Numbered from the stretch's first letter, positions 20,096 to 30,805 are shown. The stretch is DNA of 64,000 bases from Candidatus Poribacteria bacterium (GCA_965197475.1 CBDANF010000003.1:1632001-1696000); one strand, 5' to 3'. Notes: generated by a model not told the origin, from the letters alone. Numbers and translations: made by a program.

Positions 20096-20959
20096 TCAGT
20101 CAATTAAAGTTGTTCCAATAATGACAACACCAACCATTATTGCTACAAAGGCTATAAAGATTATAGGTGCATCTTCGGTTTTTTTTCCTTCTGTAGTTGC
20201 CATTTGCTCAGGTGTTGGTTTTTTTGCTGGTGGCAAAGCAAAAGTAAGTCCGTCGCTAACATTTTGTCCTTGCAATATGATCTTAATAGGTCCAGGGGTA
20301 TAATGATAGTACTGTACCCAATCAGTAGAAACACCGCTGGGTAACGAACTCGGTTCAAAACCTTGGTGAAAAATATCGTATGCCGCGTACTCTTTCTGAT
20401 ACATTTCATTAATAATAAACGCCTTTGCATCCGCTCTTTGTGCTGCGATATAACCAGCAAGAATCGCACCAAAAAATGTTGAACTTGTGCGAACAGGTTG
20501 GTTGAGTTCCTCAAGTTGTGCTAATTGGGAAGCTTCTCGCATTCTTCCACCATAAAGTTTGAATACTACCTCTTCTTGGATCAATTTTTTCGCGAGTGTT
20601 TGAGACGCATCTATCATTTGAATCGGATTGGCATCTAATATCAGGGTTCCATTTGACTTATTTCCACATCTCACAGCCACAGCAATCAGTGCTTTAGGGT
20701 GTTTGGTTGCGACTAATCCTTGAAGGGCATCATAAGACCTGACCACTTTGCGTAGATCGGTTACAATAATGTAATAATCAAATTGTACGTCCTGCAACTT
20801 GCCAATTCCTGGAACGTTATTCGCAGATCCTTGGACGTGCCACGCCGTAGGCTCCCAACTTGATCGCGTCGTAGGAGCACACCCCACAACTGCTGCTGTC
20901 AAAATTACCATTAAAGGTATTATAATTGATTTCATTTTTTCTTTCTTATGAAAATTCAC
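20096..20959 (-). CDS. Hypothetical lipoprotein with C-terminal TM helix
   Basis: Lipobox-like VVGC after a hydrophobic leader; C-terminal hydrophobic helix. Confidence 0.65.
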   Translation of the reverse strand: MNFHKKEKMKSIIIPLMVILTAAVVGCAPTTRSSWEPTAWHVQGSANNVPGIGKLQDVQFDYYIIVTDLRKVVRSYDALQGLVATKHPKALIAVAVRCGNKSNGTLILDANPIQMIDASQTLAKKLIQEEVVFKLYGGRMREASQLAQLEELNQPVRTSSTFFGAILAGYIAAQRADAKAFIINEMYQKEYAAYDIFHQGFEPSSLPSGVSTDWVQYYHYTPGPIKIILQGQNVSDGLTFALPPAKKPTPEQMATTEGKKTEDAPIIFIAFVAIMVGVVIIGTTLID

Positions 20960-20995
20960 ACCGATTTTAGAAAACTTATAAGCCTATTTATAGTT

Positions 20996-21919
20996 TTAAA
21001 ATACGGCAGGTTTAGCAATGCCGCTGTAAATTGTTCGGACAAGTTTCGGCAGCAAAGGTGACATATCTGTGTTACGTATATAGGTGAATTCAAATCCTTT
21101 TTCCTTTACGTCCCACTCATTTGCAATTATCATGATGTGTATGTTTCCGCCAGATGTAGTCTCAATAAACGTCACGAAATTGTCATCTTTGACTAATTTC
21201 ACTTTTGCGGAACCCACGTTTCCTGACATAATTGCACTGTTGGTACCGGTAATCATGAACATTATTTCACCATTACGGAAATCTTTTGCCTTGTCGTTTT
21301 CAAGAAGTTTTCCGCTCTCTATATTGAAAGTCTTAACGTTTCCTTCTTGGGCGAAAACAGTAAAAATCTTTGTACCCTTGAGAGAAGGATTGACTTGATT
21401 AGGGTGTTTTGAAATCTTGTAATGTAAAGTTGGTTTCGCAATTCCTGTATAGGCAGATCTCAGATTTTCCCCCAACACTTGAATATTTCGGGTATATGTG
21501 AACTTGAAGCCACCTTCTTTTACATCCCACTTATCTTCAATAATCATAACGTGCTTATTTCCGGTAGGTGTTGTTTCAATAAATGTCACTGAATTGGTAT
21601 CTTTGACAAATTCAACTTCCGATATACCAGTGTTAGCTGAAAAGATTGCCCTCTTAGGACCCGTAATTATAAATAGCAGTTCGCCATTACGAAAATCCTT
21701 AGACACTTCATTTTTAACGAGTTTTCCGGAGAAATCGAAGACTTTGAAGTTCCCCTTTTTAGCGTAGATTAGAAACGTCTTTGTCCCATGAATTGAAGGA
21801 ATATCATCTGACTTTTTTAATAATCCCTGAGCGTGTGTATACGTAAATACTGCCGAAACCGATAAAGCCGTAATTACCACCAATACTCTAAACCAGATAC
21901 TTTTAAGCATGAGAATCAT
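20996..21919 (-). CDS. Hypothetical secreted protein with two tandem homologous beta-rich domains
   Basis: Signal peptide; duplicated KDFRNGE...ITG...VTFIETT..GN.H.MII...WDVKE.GF.FTY.RN...Y.GIAKP. Confidence 0.75.
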   Translation of the reverse strand: MILMLKSIWFRVLVVITALSVSAVFTYTHAQGLLKKSDDIPSIHGTKTFLIYAKKGNFKVFDFSGKLVKNEVSKDFRNGELLFIITGPKRAIFSANTGISEVEFVKDTNSVTFIETTPTGNKHVMIIEDKWDVKEGGFKFTYTRNIQVLGENLRSAYTGIAKPTLHYKISKHPNQVNPSLKGTKIFTVFAQEGNVKTFNIESGKLLENDKAKDFRNGEIMFMITGTNSAIMSGNVGSAKVKLVKDDNFVTFIETTSGGNIHIMIIANEWDVKEKGFEFTYIRNTDMSPLLPKLVRTIYSGIAKPAVF

Positions 21920-21961
21920 CCTTATTTTTATGCAAACTCATCATCTCTTAGTACAAAACTG

Positions 21962-22168
21962 CTACAATTCACTTTCTTCAATCCCACTGATTTTCATAAT
22001 ATGTCTCTGTAACCCACGCTTAAGCGTTTTATTCCCGTGGACAGGCACGGAGATCCGCACATTTATGCCATCTTTGGCATAAATGTGATGACTGCCTTTA
22101 ATTCGCTTTAACTGCCAATTGTGCTTTTCTAATAAACGGCAAAACGCTTTACCAGTTAACACCTTCAA
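21962..22168 (-). CDS. hicA: HicA family toxin (mRNA interferase)
   Basis: RIKGSHHIY...[12 protein letters not shown] signature; overlaps hicB. Confidence 0.9.
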   Translation of the reverse strand: MKVLTGKAFCRLLEKHNWQLKRIKGSHHIYAKDGINVRISVPVHGNKTLKRGLQRHIMKISGIEESEL

Positions 22169-22383
22169 ACAGCTATCTCCATCACTCTATCATCTTCTGC
22201 GATTTCAAGGGCGTTAACATCTACTGATAAACACCCTTCAATTGCTTCATAAATGTTTTCAAGTAATTCTTCAAAAGTGTCACCTTGTGTAGCACAACCG
22301 ATGATTGATGGCACTTCCGCCCAATATCCACCCTCTTCAGCTTTGTGAATAACAACTTTTAGTTTCATGGCACTTAAGTCCAC
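22165..22383 (-). CDS. hicB: HicB family antitoxin (short form)
   Basis: [33 protein letters not shown] signature; probable ATG at 22368. Confidence 0.9.
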   Translation of the reverse strand: MDLSAMKLKVVIHKAEEGGYWAEVPSIIGCATQGDTFEELLENIYEAIEGCLSVDVNALEIAEDDRVMEIAV

Positions 22384-22423
22384 TCCTTCAAAATTATTTA
22401 TCTTTGTGAGAAAGCTCCCAAAA

Positions 22424-23119
22424 TTAACGGCGTGCTTTCAAACGTGCAAGTTCTTCACGGAGTTGTGCTGCTTCTGCTTCTGCGTTTTCAGCGCGTGCTT
22501 CTGCAGTCTCTGTCCGTTCTGCGCGTGTCTGAACCCATTCACCTGCAACAAGGTCATAAATCGCTATCTCTCCATCGCGAAGATGGAAATCCAAATCCAA
22601 AACCGAGGCGCGAAAACCTCCCTGTTCCCCCGGCAGAATCGCTACATAGACACCATCCACTAACGTAAATCCCATCAGCGGAGATGGTAAATACAACCCT
22701 TCCGCATCATATAAGAAATAATCCTGTATCCCCAGTGAAGCGTAAACATCCATCTTCTCACCTAAGTCTTTATCATAAGTGCTTTTACTGGAGAACTCCA
22801 TCACGAAATCAGGTGCTTTCTCTTCCTCCCATATTTTATACGTCAGACGTAGCTTTGGGTTTATGCCAAAACAGACGAGTACATCCGGAGATATAGACTT
22901 CCGGGGATCCCCCTCTCTGTAATACATCATTATGTCGCCGGAGATATAGACTTCCGGTTTTTGTGCAAAATGTTCCTCAAGAGCTTGCAACGTCCATATT
23001 AGTAATCGTCTATGATAGTCGCTTGCTGCCATAGGTTTTCCATCCGTTTCAGGGTAAAGGATCGCAGCGTCTGTAGGGACATAAGGGATAGAGGTATCTT
23101 TTGCATAGGGGCGTGCCAT
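22424..23119 (-). CDS. Uma2 family endonuclease with C-terminal coiled coil
   Basis: [19 protein letters not shown] and PDFVMEFSS motifs; ATG 23119 follows AAGGAGA (ORF track extends to 23218). Confidence 0.9.
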   Translation of the reverse strand: MARPYAKDTSIPYVPTDAAILYPETDGKPMAASDYHRRLLIWTLQALEEHFAQKPEVYISGDIMMYYREGDPRKSISPDVLVCFGINPKLRLTYKIWEEEKAPDFVMEFSSKSTYDKDLGEKMDVYASLGIQDYFLYDAEGLYLPSPLMGFTLVDGVYVAILPGEQGGFRASVLDLDFHLRDGEIAIYDLVAGEWVQTRAERTETAEARAENAEAEAAQLREELARLKARR

Positions 23120-23202
23120 TATGTTTCTCCTTAAAGGTTTATAGTCCTTTCGTTTCCTACTTCCCAACACCAATATCCTACCTTTCCAATTGCAACCATA
23201 AG

Positions 23203-23544
23203 TTAGTATTTTCCCCAAAACTGAATTCGGTTTTTCTCTGGGTCTTTAATGTCAAAACACGCAATGCCGTTGTCGTTTTCTAACGGTCTTAACCGCAGCC
23301 CTTTCGCTTTCAAATCCTGATGAACAGCATGGACGCTTTCAACATGAAATACAATCTTTTGTCTTCCTTCGTTCGGTTTGCTCGCACTGTGCAGGCATAG
23401 TTTACAGTCCCCAGTGTCAAAACGAAAAAACCGATGTTCAGGAAATGGCTGATCTTCGTCAGGGGTTAATCCTACAACATCTCTATAAAATGCGGTTATA
23501 GATTTCATGTTTTTGACAAAAAGGATTATACCGCCAAGATGCAT
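23203..23544 (-). CDS. VOC/glyoxalase family protein
   Basis: FYRDVVGL ... FDIKDPEKNRIQF pattern. Confidence 0.8.
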   Translation of the reverse strand: MHLGGIILFVKNMKSITAFYRDVVGLTPDEDQPFPEHRFFRFDTGDCKLCLHSASKPNEGRQKIVFHVESVHAVHQDLKAKGLRLRPLENDNGIACFDIKDPEKNRIQFWGKY

Positions 23545-23553
23545 AATTGTCTG

Positions 23554-24270
23554 TTACTCCGCACGAAGACGTTCAATTTCAGTTAAAGCCTTAGCGAGTT
23601 CTGCCTCAGCGTTTTGTGCGCGTGCCTCAGCGTTTTGTGCACGTGTTCTAACTTCTTTTACCTCTTCCGATGGTGTTTGCAACCACTGCAATGTGTCGGG
23701 GTTATAGAGTCTCAATTTACCGTCATGTTCACCCAATTCCAAACCTAACGTCTTTGCGGGTAAACGTTCATTTACAAAATCAATTTCTTGATATGCGCCA
23801 TCAATGAGCAGGTATCCGACAAAACTCGGCACGATTTGACCAAGCGGATCATAGATATAGTATTCTTTGACCTCAAGCACGGAAGCGTAAAGTTCTTTCT
23901 GCTTCCCCATATCATTTGGAAAAGTGCTCGGACTTGCTATCTCCAGCACGAAATCGGGAGTGTTTGCTTCTGCCCACGTCAGATAGGTGTTCCGCAGTTT
24001 CTTTTCAACCCCAAAAACCACGAACACATCAGGAGATATAGATTTCCTCCTGTTTCCCTTTTCGTAATACATAAGTAAGTTGCCAGACACATAAACATCG
24101 TCATTATTTTCGAAATAGTCTTCAAGCATCAGGATGAAATCCATCATCAACTTGCGATGTGTGTCTGTTTCTGCCATCGGTTTACCGTCTGATTCCGGAT
24201 AGAATATTGTCGGCGCAGACTGTATCTTTTTCCGCATCATGTCATCTCCCAGCATCAAGCTAAATGTCAT
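23554..24270 (-). CDS. Uma2 family endonuclease with C-terminal coiled coil
   Basis: YPESDGKPMAETDTH, SPDVFVVFG and PDFVLEIASPST motifs; likely start 24240. Confidence 0.9.
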   Translation of the reverse strand: MTFSLMLGDDMMRKKIQSAPTIFYPESDGKPMAETDTHRKLMMDFILMLEDYFENNDDVYVSGNLLMYYEKGNRRKSISPDVFVVFGVEKKLRNTYLTWAEANTPDFVLEIASPSTFPNDMGKQKELYASVLEVKEYYIYDPLGQIVPSFVGYLLIDGAYQEIDFVNERLPAKTLGLELGEHDGKLRLYNPDTLQWLQTPSEEVKEVRTRAQNAEARAQNAEAELAKALTEIERLRAE

Positions 24271-24280
24271 TTTAAGACAA

Positions 24281-25477
24281 TTACCGATCCAATTCTCCGG
24301 CGATCACGTTCAAACTACCTAACACAGCCACGGTATCCGATACCGTACCACCCTCCAACATGTGAGGCAGTGCTTGGAAATGAAAGAAACTGGGCGGCCG
24401 AATTCTAATGCGATAGGCGGTTCCACTTCCATCGCTCACAATGTAGAAACCTAATTCTCCATTTGGCGATTCTGTTGCACAATAATGCTCTCCTTGCGGC
24501 GGCTGCACACCGTGCCCATCCATAACAATCTTAAAATGATGGATTAATCCTTCAATGTGACCATACGCATCCGATTTATTAGGCATCGTGATCTTGTTAT
24601 CTTCAACATTTACTGGACCATCTGGCAGATTATCTAATGCCTGCCCGACTATACCGCAGCTTTGAATCATCTCCTCCATCCGCACCAGATACCGGTCATA
24701 AGCATCACCATTAGTCCCAACAGGCACTTCAAAGTTGAATTTTTCGTAAGAGGAATACGGTTCAGCCTTGCGGAGGTCGTGTGCGACACCGGTTGCTCGT
24801 AGGCAGGGGCCGGTTAATCCGTAACTAATCGCATCTTCCGGTGAAATTGTGCCAACGCCTTTTGTCCTGTCCATCCAAATCCTGTTTCGGGTTAGCAAGG
24901 TATGTGTTTCTTTTAACGCCTTTGGAAAATTGGTGATGAAATCACGTGCATCAGTTTCAAACCCATCATAGAGGTCGCGAAATACACCGCCTACACGGGT
25001 ATAACTTGTTGTCAACCGTGCGCCTGTTGTCTTTTCGAAGATGCTGTAAAGTTTTTCGCGTTCGCGGAAGCTATAGAGAAAAACTGAAAATGCCCCTAAA
25101 TCTAACGCTGCAGTTCCGAGCCACAGCAGATGGTCAGCCAGTCGAGAAAGTTCTGCCATCAAAATTCGGATGTATTGACACCGTTTCGGCACTTCAATAC
25201 CGAGCAATTGTTCCACTGCAAGCACATATCCGAAATTGTTAGACAACGGCGACAGATAATTCATCCGGTCTGTTACAACGATGTACTGGTTATAATCTAA
25301 GTGTTCACCGAGTTTTTCGAATCCGGTATGTAAGTATCCGAGGTGTGGCGTTGCCTTCAAAATGGATTCACCGTCAAGTTCTAGGACGATGCGAAGGGTG
25401 CCGTGTGTCGCAGGGTGTTGCGGTCCGAAGTTGAGAACCATCTTCTCGCCTGTTGTGCGTTCCATCCCATCTTGCAT
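24281..25477 (-). CDS. nuoD: NADH-quinone oxidoreductase subunit D
   Basis: LNFGPQHPATHGTLR, GYLHTGFEK and C-terminal GELDR. Confidence 0.97.
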   Translation of the reverse strand: MQDGMERTTGEKMVLNFGPQHPATHGTLRIVLELDGESILKATPHLGYLHTGFEKLGEHLDYNQYIVVTDRMNYLSPLSNNFGYVLAVEQLLGIEVPKRCQYIRILMAELSRLADHLLWLGTAALDLGAFSVFLYSFREREKLYSIFEKTTGARLTTSYTRVGGVFRDLYDGFETDARDFITNFPKALKETHTLLTRNRIWMDRTKGVGTISPEDAISYGLTGPCLRATGVAHDLRKAEPYSSYEKFNFEVPVGTNGDAYDRYLVRMEEMIQSCGIVGQALDNLPDGPVNVEDNKITMPNKSDAYGHIEGLIHHFKIVMDGHGVQPPQGEHYCATESPNGELGFYIVSDGSGTAYRIRIRPPSFFHFQALPHMLEGGTVSDTVAVLGSLNVIAGELDR

Positions 25478-25480
25478 AGA

Positions 25481-26359
25481 TTACTCCTTTTCAGTTCGCC
25501 TCAAAACGATGTCCTCTTGCCCCTGAGAATAAAGTCGAAGCGTATAGCGAACAAGTGGACCTAAGACTATATCGTCGCTTACCCCATAGCCCCTTTCGCT
25601 CCAGTAATCCTCTGGCGTGCCCTCAGAAGTAACCATATCCCATGTATACACTGCAGGGGTACCGCTCTGGGTGTCAAAAAGTGGTGATGAAAATAATTTT
25701 GATAACGGTGCCTCATCAAAAATACTCCAATCAAGGTCTGCTGTGAACGCAGGGTAAATTATTGAAGATGGGCAATCAGATTCAAAAAGACAAATGTACA
25801 CTTCGCTATACGGATTTGTATGAGATATGGTGCCTCGCGTGTGTTTTTCGGTCTCAAAAATCAGCACATGAGCCTGTTTTTCTGTGTCAAAGCCAGCGAG
25901 GTATGTGCCACTGACCGAAAGATCGACAAAAACAAGCGAACTATTTTCATCGACAAAAACAAGCGAACTATTTTCAATGGGGTCAACAGGTACAAGAGAA
26001 CTTTGTTCAGAGTTGCGGTCACAGAGAAGGTAATAGTATACAGACAACTTCCACGTTCCATCTGTATTAAGCCTGAAATCTGGGTTGATGACTGTGCCAA
26101 AAGATATGTTTATATCTTCACTGACATATTTGGTAACGAGGGTTTGCATCTGCAATACACTATCGGAAATCGCAGTGCCATCAATTGATGTAACCCGCCA
26201 GTTGTTTCCCATCAACGTTTGACTCATTTCCGGTGACAATGGAACGATAGTATCTGCTGGCATCAACAGGGACTGTGTCCTTTCGCAACCTAAATGTCCT
26301 ATGACGAAAACTATAATCACCAAAACTATCCCAAACTTTATCCATTTTTCAAAAATCAT
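25481..26359 (-). CDS. Hypothetical lipoprotein
   Basis: Hydrophobic leader ending in LGC; contains a 27-bp tandem duplication (ENSSLVFVD twice, 25922-25975). Confidence 0.65.
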   Translation of the reverse strand: MIFEKWIKFGIVLVIIVFVIGHLGCERTQSLLMPADTIVPLSPEMSQTLMGNNWRVTSIDGTAISDSVLQMQTLVTKYVSEDINISFGTVINPDFRLNTDGTWKLSVYYYLLCDRNSEQSSLVPVDPIENSSLVFVDENSSLVFVDLSVSGTYLAGFDTEKQAHVLIFETEKHTRGTISHTNPYSEVYICLFESDCPSSIIYPAFTADLDWSIFDEAPLSKLFSSPLFDTQSGTPAVYTWDMVTSEGTPEDYWSERGYGVSDDIVLGPLVRYTLRLYSQGQEDIVLRRTEKE

Positions 26360-26381
26360 AAAAAAATTCCTTTATAACGCG

Positions 26382-26583
26382 TTGTGCTAGTTAACATTTG
26401 GTATATTTATCTTTCACATGTTTGTCTCGTTTGGGTTTGAATTCAGCAACTTTTTCAATTCACGACACCGTTCAAAGGTAGGAGGGAATTCCGATTCCCG
26501 GCAGGGTATCGCGATTCGGAGATCGCTCCTATAAAATGTGAACAGATGTGAAAAACAACAAAACTATTACGTAACTAGCACAA
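26382..26583. repeat. MITE-like element with nested GTAG-type REP hairpin
   Basis: Perfect 12-bp inverted termini TTGTGCTAGTTA / TAACTAGCACAA; internal GTAGGAG...CTCCTA; a related terminus lies near 33338-33358. Confidence 0.6.
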
Positions 26584-26607
26584 GTCGTTTTATAAGTTAT
26601 GTTTATG

Positions 26608-27153
26608 TTAAAAATTCTGCTTATCAAAGTTGAAACTTTCGCGCTCTCCACGTCCACGCAGCGGATAATCCTTGCGGAGTGGATGTCCCTCAAAATCGTC
26701 GGGCATTAAAATTCTACACAGGTCAGGATGTCCTTCAAAGTCTATTCCAAACATATCGTAAGTTTCTCGTTCCAACCAATCCGCACCTTTCCACAACTTT
26801 GTCACTGAACGAACTCTCAAGTCCTTTTCATGCACAGGTACTTTAACCCGGATACGCGAGGTTTCCCCCTCAAAGGTATAGAGATGATAGACGACCATGA
26901 ATCTGGCATAGTCGTACTGCATCAATTCTGATTCTAAATTAGAATTGTCAACCGCTGTGACATCCACAAGAAACGTATACGCGAGTTCTGTTTTCAGGTA
27001 TTCCAGCAGTGCGAAACTGTTTTCTTTGTTGATAACAACTGCAACACCATTACGGACTTCCGCGTCTGCTAATAGTGCATCCGAGAATTTTTCGCGTAGT
27101 TTCTCAAGGACAAGTGGTTGCGTCTCTTCCGTAACCTCTTTTTCTTCATTCAT
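26608..27153 (-). CDS. nuoC: NADH-quinone oxidoreductase subunit C
   Basis: [22 protein letters not shown] and [10 protein letters not shown] motifs. Confidence 0.96.
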   Translation of the reverse strand: MNEEKEVTEETQPLVLEKLREKFSDALLADAEVRNGVAVVINKENSFALLEYLKTELAYTFLVDVTAVDNSNLESELMQYDYARFMVVYHLYTFEGETSRIRVKVPVHEKDLRVRSVTKLWKGADWLERETYDMFGIDFEGHPDLCRILMPDDFEGHPLRKDYPLRGRGERESFNFDKQNF

Positions 27154-27671
27154 TATGCGACCTCAACCCCTTTAGGTAGCTCACCTTTTTGGATTTGTCG
27201 TTGCACTTGCATCACAGCATCGATCAAATCTTCGGGTCGTGGCGGGCATCCAGGAATGTAGACATCAACCGGAAGGAATTGGTCAACACCCTGTATTAAG
27301 GTATAGGTATCAAACACGCCGCCGCAGGATGCACATGCCCCCATTGAGATAACCCACTTCGGGTCTGGCATCTGATCGTAAATACGTTTCAGTACCGGCA
27401 TCATTTTAATTGAAATCCGCCCCGAAACGATCAGCAGATCGGATTGGCGTGGAGAGAAACGAATTGCCTCAGAACCGAATCGGGAGAGGTCGAATTTTGA
27501 AGCCAAGGTTGCCATCATCTCTATCGCGCAGCAGGCGGTACCGAACGGCATTGGCCACAGAGAATTCTTTCGTCCCCAGTTGACGACTTTGTCAATAGTC
27601 GTTGTGATGATATTACCATCAGTTTGTTCGGTGCTTGCTCCACTTTGAATATGGGTTTTGGCTAATCCCAT
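27153..27671 (-). CDS. nuoB: NADH-quinone oxidoreductase subunit B
   Basis: [17 protein letters not shown] and [14 protein letters not shown] motifs; ATG 27671 preceded by GGAGG. Confidence 0.97.
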   Translation of the reverse strand: MGLAKTHIQSGASTEQTDGNIITTTIDKVVNWGRKNSLWPMPFGTACCAIEMMATLASKFDLSRFGSEAIRFSPRQSDLLIVSGRISIKMMPVLKRIYDQMPDPKWVISMGACASCGGVFDTYTLIQGVDQFLPVDVYIPGCPPRPEDLIDAVMQVQRQIQKGELPKGVEVA

Positions 27672-28036
27672 GTTAAGCCTCCTTTTTTCCAAGCGTAGAT
27701 GTAGCCCAGAAGGAGAATACCGATAAACACCAGCATCTCAACTAAAATAAATGTCCCATTTGTTTCAGACATCTTCTTAAAAACCACCGCCCACGGGTAG
27801 AGAAAGACGACCTCAATATCAAAAATGATAAAGAGCATCGCGATAAGGTCAAACCGTATGGTGAACCGTTGTCTTGCATCACCGACGGGTTGCACACCAG
27901 ATTCGTAGACAGAAAGTTTTGCGCGTGTGGGTTTTTTGGGTCCAAGAAGATGGGTCAGGGCGAGATTAACAGCTGCAAATAGGACTGCGAATATCCCTAA
28001 AAACACTATCGGAAGATACTTAGCTAATTCAGACAT
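27662..28036 (-). CDS. nuoA: NADH-quinone oxidoreductase subunit A
   Basis: [16 protein letters not shown] and AWKKGGLTW motifs. Confidence 0.97.
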   Translation of the reverse strand: MSELAKYLPIVFLGIFAVLFAAVNLALTHLLGPKKPTRAKLSVYESGVQPVGDARQRFTIRFDLIAMLFIIFDIEVVFLYPWAVVFKKMSETNGTFILVEMLVFIGILLLGYIYAWKKGGLTWD

Positions 28037-28189
28037 TTGCTTGAATCTATTTTAAGCCTCCGGCAACATTCAGATTATATTATCCGTTATTTCCCTGTTA
28101 TAGGATGAACTTCTGACGTTGCCAATAATTTACGCTAATTAATAGTTTTGTGTTCAAATTTACAAACGAGTATATTAAACGTCCTTATA

Positions 28190-28217
28190 ATTTTACATAT
28201 TCAGAGAAAAGTGTCAA
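28190..28217 (-). promoter_or_regulatory. Putative sigma70 promoter of the nuo cluster
   Basis: TTGACA-N16-TAAAAT on the minus strand about 150 nt upstream of nuoA. Confidence 0.45.
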
Positions 28218-28280
28218 GTCTTTTAATGAAAATTAGGAATTATTCTTATTTACATACAAATTTTTTGAAGCAGTAGAATA

Positions 28281-29939
28281 TTATGGTTTTGCCTTCTTCA
28301 CACAACGAAATCCGAGAATGGATTCCGTTCGATTCGGCAGGTTATAATCGCGATGAAACACGGCTATAAACCTTTTGGCATTGTTCCATGCTCCACCACG
28401 TCTTGCTCGATGCGACAAAATTTCTACGTTTTTGAAATTAGATACAAGTTCGGTAATACTTTTATCCCCCTCAATTGGATTTTTATAGGGAGAATTCATA
28501 TAAAATTGCCAACTTGCACCGTCAAGACACCATTCCGAGACGTTTCCTGACATATCATAGAGGTCATAAGCATTTTCAAGAGATGCACCGACAGGTACGG
28601 TATCACCTATATTACTACTTCGGTAGTTTGCTTGATTAGCATCAATTGAATTGCCCCATGGATAATATTTTCCATTCAAGCCGCCTCGTGCTGCTTTTTC
28701 CCATTCTGCTTCGGTTGGTAGACGTTTGCCTACCCATTTTGCGTAAGCCATCGCAGCATACCAACTTACGTAAGTGACAGGATGATTTGCTTTCCCGTGC
28801 GGATAGTTGTTTCCGTTCCAATCGAATAGATAATCTCCATCGTGAAATTTTTTGTCAATGTTCATTTTTCGCCATTCTGGATTTGCAAGAATAAATTTCT
28901 TATATTGTGCATTGGTCACTTCATATTTGTCCATGTAAAATGCATCAACGTAGACTTTATGCACTGGTATTGTGTCTTTATACGCCCCTTCTCCTTCATA
29001 TCCCATGTTAAATTCGCCAGCAGGAATCAGTACCATCTTATCGTTTTCGACCACATCTACTACACAACGAAATCCGGTATCCGCTTTCGTTTGATTTGCC
29101 GATCTACCGGAACGACTAAATACAGTTATTTCTCTTGGACTACTTATCCAGCCACCCCCACGTGTTACTCGTTGGCCTCGCCACCGAACTGCAGGGAGTA
29201 CATTTTCAAAATTAGATATGACATCTGTAATGCTGTCTGCGCCCGCAATCGGATTATTAAGCGGTCTGCCTCGTGGATATACTTTATAAAAAATATCAAT
29301 ATATTCATCAAGACACAGCTCCGAAACATTTCCTGAAACTTCATGAAGCCCATACCCATTTCCAGGATATGTGCCAATAGGCACAGTATCACCTACAATA
29401 TCATGATCAATACCAATGCGATAGTTTGCCTTATTTTCATCGTTCACATTGCCCCATGGAAAAGGTTGCTCTTTTGTACCGCCTCGCGCTGCCTTTTCCC
29501 ATTCTGCTTCAGTTGGTAAACGTTTCCCTGCCCACTTTGCATAAGCCATCGCTGCATACCAGCTTACATAAGTTACAGGATGATTTTCTTTGTCGGCAGG
29601 ATAATTATTGTCTGTCCAATGGTGTAGATATTTTCCATCGTGAAATTTTTTGTCAATGTTCTTTTTCTGCCACTCTGGATTTGCGAGGATAAACTTTTTA
29701 AATTGCGCGTTAGTTACCTCATATTTGTCTATGTAGAATGCGTCAACATAAACCATGTGTGCAGGTTTTGAAGGTTTTAATACACCAACCTTATCGGATC
29801 CCATCTCAAATTCACCTGGAGGAATTAACACCATATCTTTGGTGTCAGCTTTGCCGTTTTTGGCGGAAAGGCAGTCAGTTGTTGCAACGATAAGAAAGCA
29901 TATCATTATTAATACGAAACGGGAAATTATTTTCATCAT
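28281..29939 (-). CDS. Secreted protein with two tandem FGE-sulfatase/SUMF1 (CLec-fold) domains
   Basis: Signal peptide; two copies of the [35 protein letters not shown] and GFRCV motifs; no catalytic FGE cysteine pair. Confidence 0.9.
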   Translation of the reverse strand: MMKIISRFVLIMICFLIVATTDCLSAKNGKADTKDMVLIPPGEFEMGSDKVGVLKPSKPAHMVYVDAFYIDKYEVTNAQFKKFILANPEWQKKNIDKKFHDGKYLHHWTDNNYPADKENHPVTYVSWYAAMAYAKWAGKRLPTEAEWEKAARGGTKEQPFPWGNVNDENKANYRIGIDHDIVGDTVPIGTYPGNGYGLHEVSGNVSELCLDEYIDIFYKVYPRGRPLNNPIAGADSITDVISNFENVLPAVRWRGQRVTRGGGWISSPREITVFSRSGRSANQTKADTGFRCVVDVVENDKMVLIPAGEFNMGYEGEGAYKDTIPVHKVYVDAFYMDKYEVTNAQYKKFILANPEWRKMNIDKKFHDGDYLFDWNGNNYPHGKANHPVTYVSWYAAMAYAKWVGKRLPTEAEWEKAARGGLNGKYYPWGNSIDANQANYRSSNIGDTVPVGASLENAYDLYDMSGNVSEWCLDGASWQFYMNSPYKNPIEGDKSITELVSNFKNVEILSHRARRGGAWNNAKRFIAVFHRDYNLPNRTESILGFRCVKKAKP

Positions 29940-30083
29940 TGGTAAATCCTCATAAAAATAAGTGTTGTGTGAAAATAGTATACATCCTACAAATTAAAAA
30001 AGCAAATTCTTTCGGTGTGTATCAAGACATGTTCCACAATCTTTATGGCGATAACCTCTCTATTTCCCAGCTGCCATCCTCTT

Positions 30084-30653
30084 TCAAAGTATAACGGAGT
30101 CGATCATGAAGGCGACTTGGACATCCTTGCCAGATTGTAGACCCCGCATATCCATCGCCATGAACCGGTAAGCAAGTATCATTTCACCTGCTTTATGCCC
30201 ATGTTCACCCATAACACTAATCGGCGCGTGACCATCAAGGCGGGATGTCGCGGTATCTGAAGCCACATCAAAAGTTGTGGGTTCTGTTTCACGAGAGGGT
30301 AACTCTCCGAGTTCTGCTAACGCCTGGTTCAATATCGGTAAAAGCAAGTGAACCCCTCTATTAGTAAGAGGTTGAGACATATCAAAGAGTTCACCGAGCA
30401 CATCTTGTGTCATCGCTTTTCGCAAGTAAATCAATGTAAATAACAACATATCTTCAATCGTATCAAAACAACTATTTCTATATGGGGTATATCTTCGTTT
30501 TTTGCGTTGTTTCCCATCAAGAGTATGTGTATGAACAAACTCTAAAAAACATTTAGAAAAACAAGGGAACAACTCAGAAAACTCTTCTGGCGTATATCCT
30601 GTCAGTGCCAGAAACCTTTTAGGTTTGTCCTTTAATCTTTGATAACTGGCCAT
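30084..30653 (-). mobile_element. Truncated IS5-family-like transposase (HTH_Tnp_4 N-terminus) fused to an unrelated gene fragment
   Basis: FLALTGYTPEEF and LLFTLIYLR..TQ..LGELF.MSQ motifs; no DDE domain follows; tail [18 protein letters not shown] is unrelated. Confidence 0.7.
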
Positions 30654-30776
30654 GAGTTAGCCTCCAAATTGTAGATTGATACAAGTTTAACAGAGACTAA
30701 CTAATATTTATTAACAATTAATTCATTATAATGTCTATTATAATGAATTATGATGTATTTTTCAATGAAAAAAGTG

Positions 30777-30805
30777 TTGACGTTACTTATTTTTTAGAGT
30801 ATAAT
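30777..30805 (+). promoter_or_regulatory. Putative sigma70 promoter
   Basis: TTGACG-N17-TATAAT upstream of the duplicated leader of the discoidin-like gene. Confidence 0.55.

Noticed and set aside
28281-29939. Active formylglycine-generating enzyme, or a complete DGR
   Set aside because: The catalytic cysteine pair is absent, and no reverse transcriptase or template repeat is in the window.
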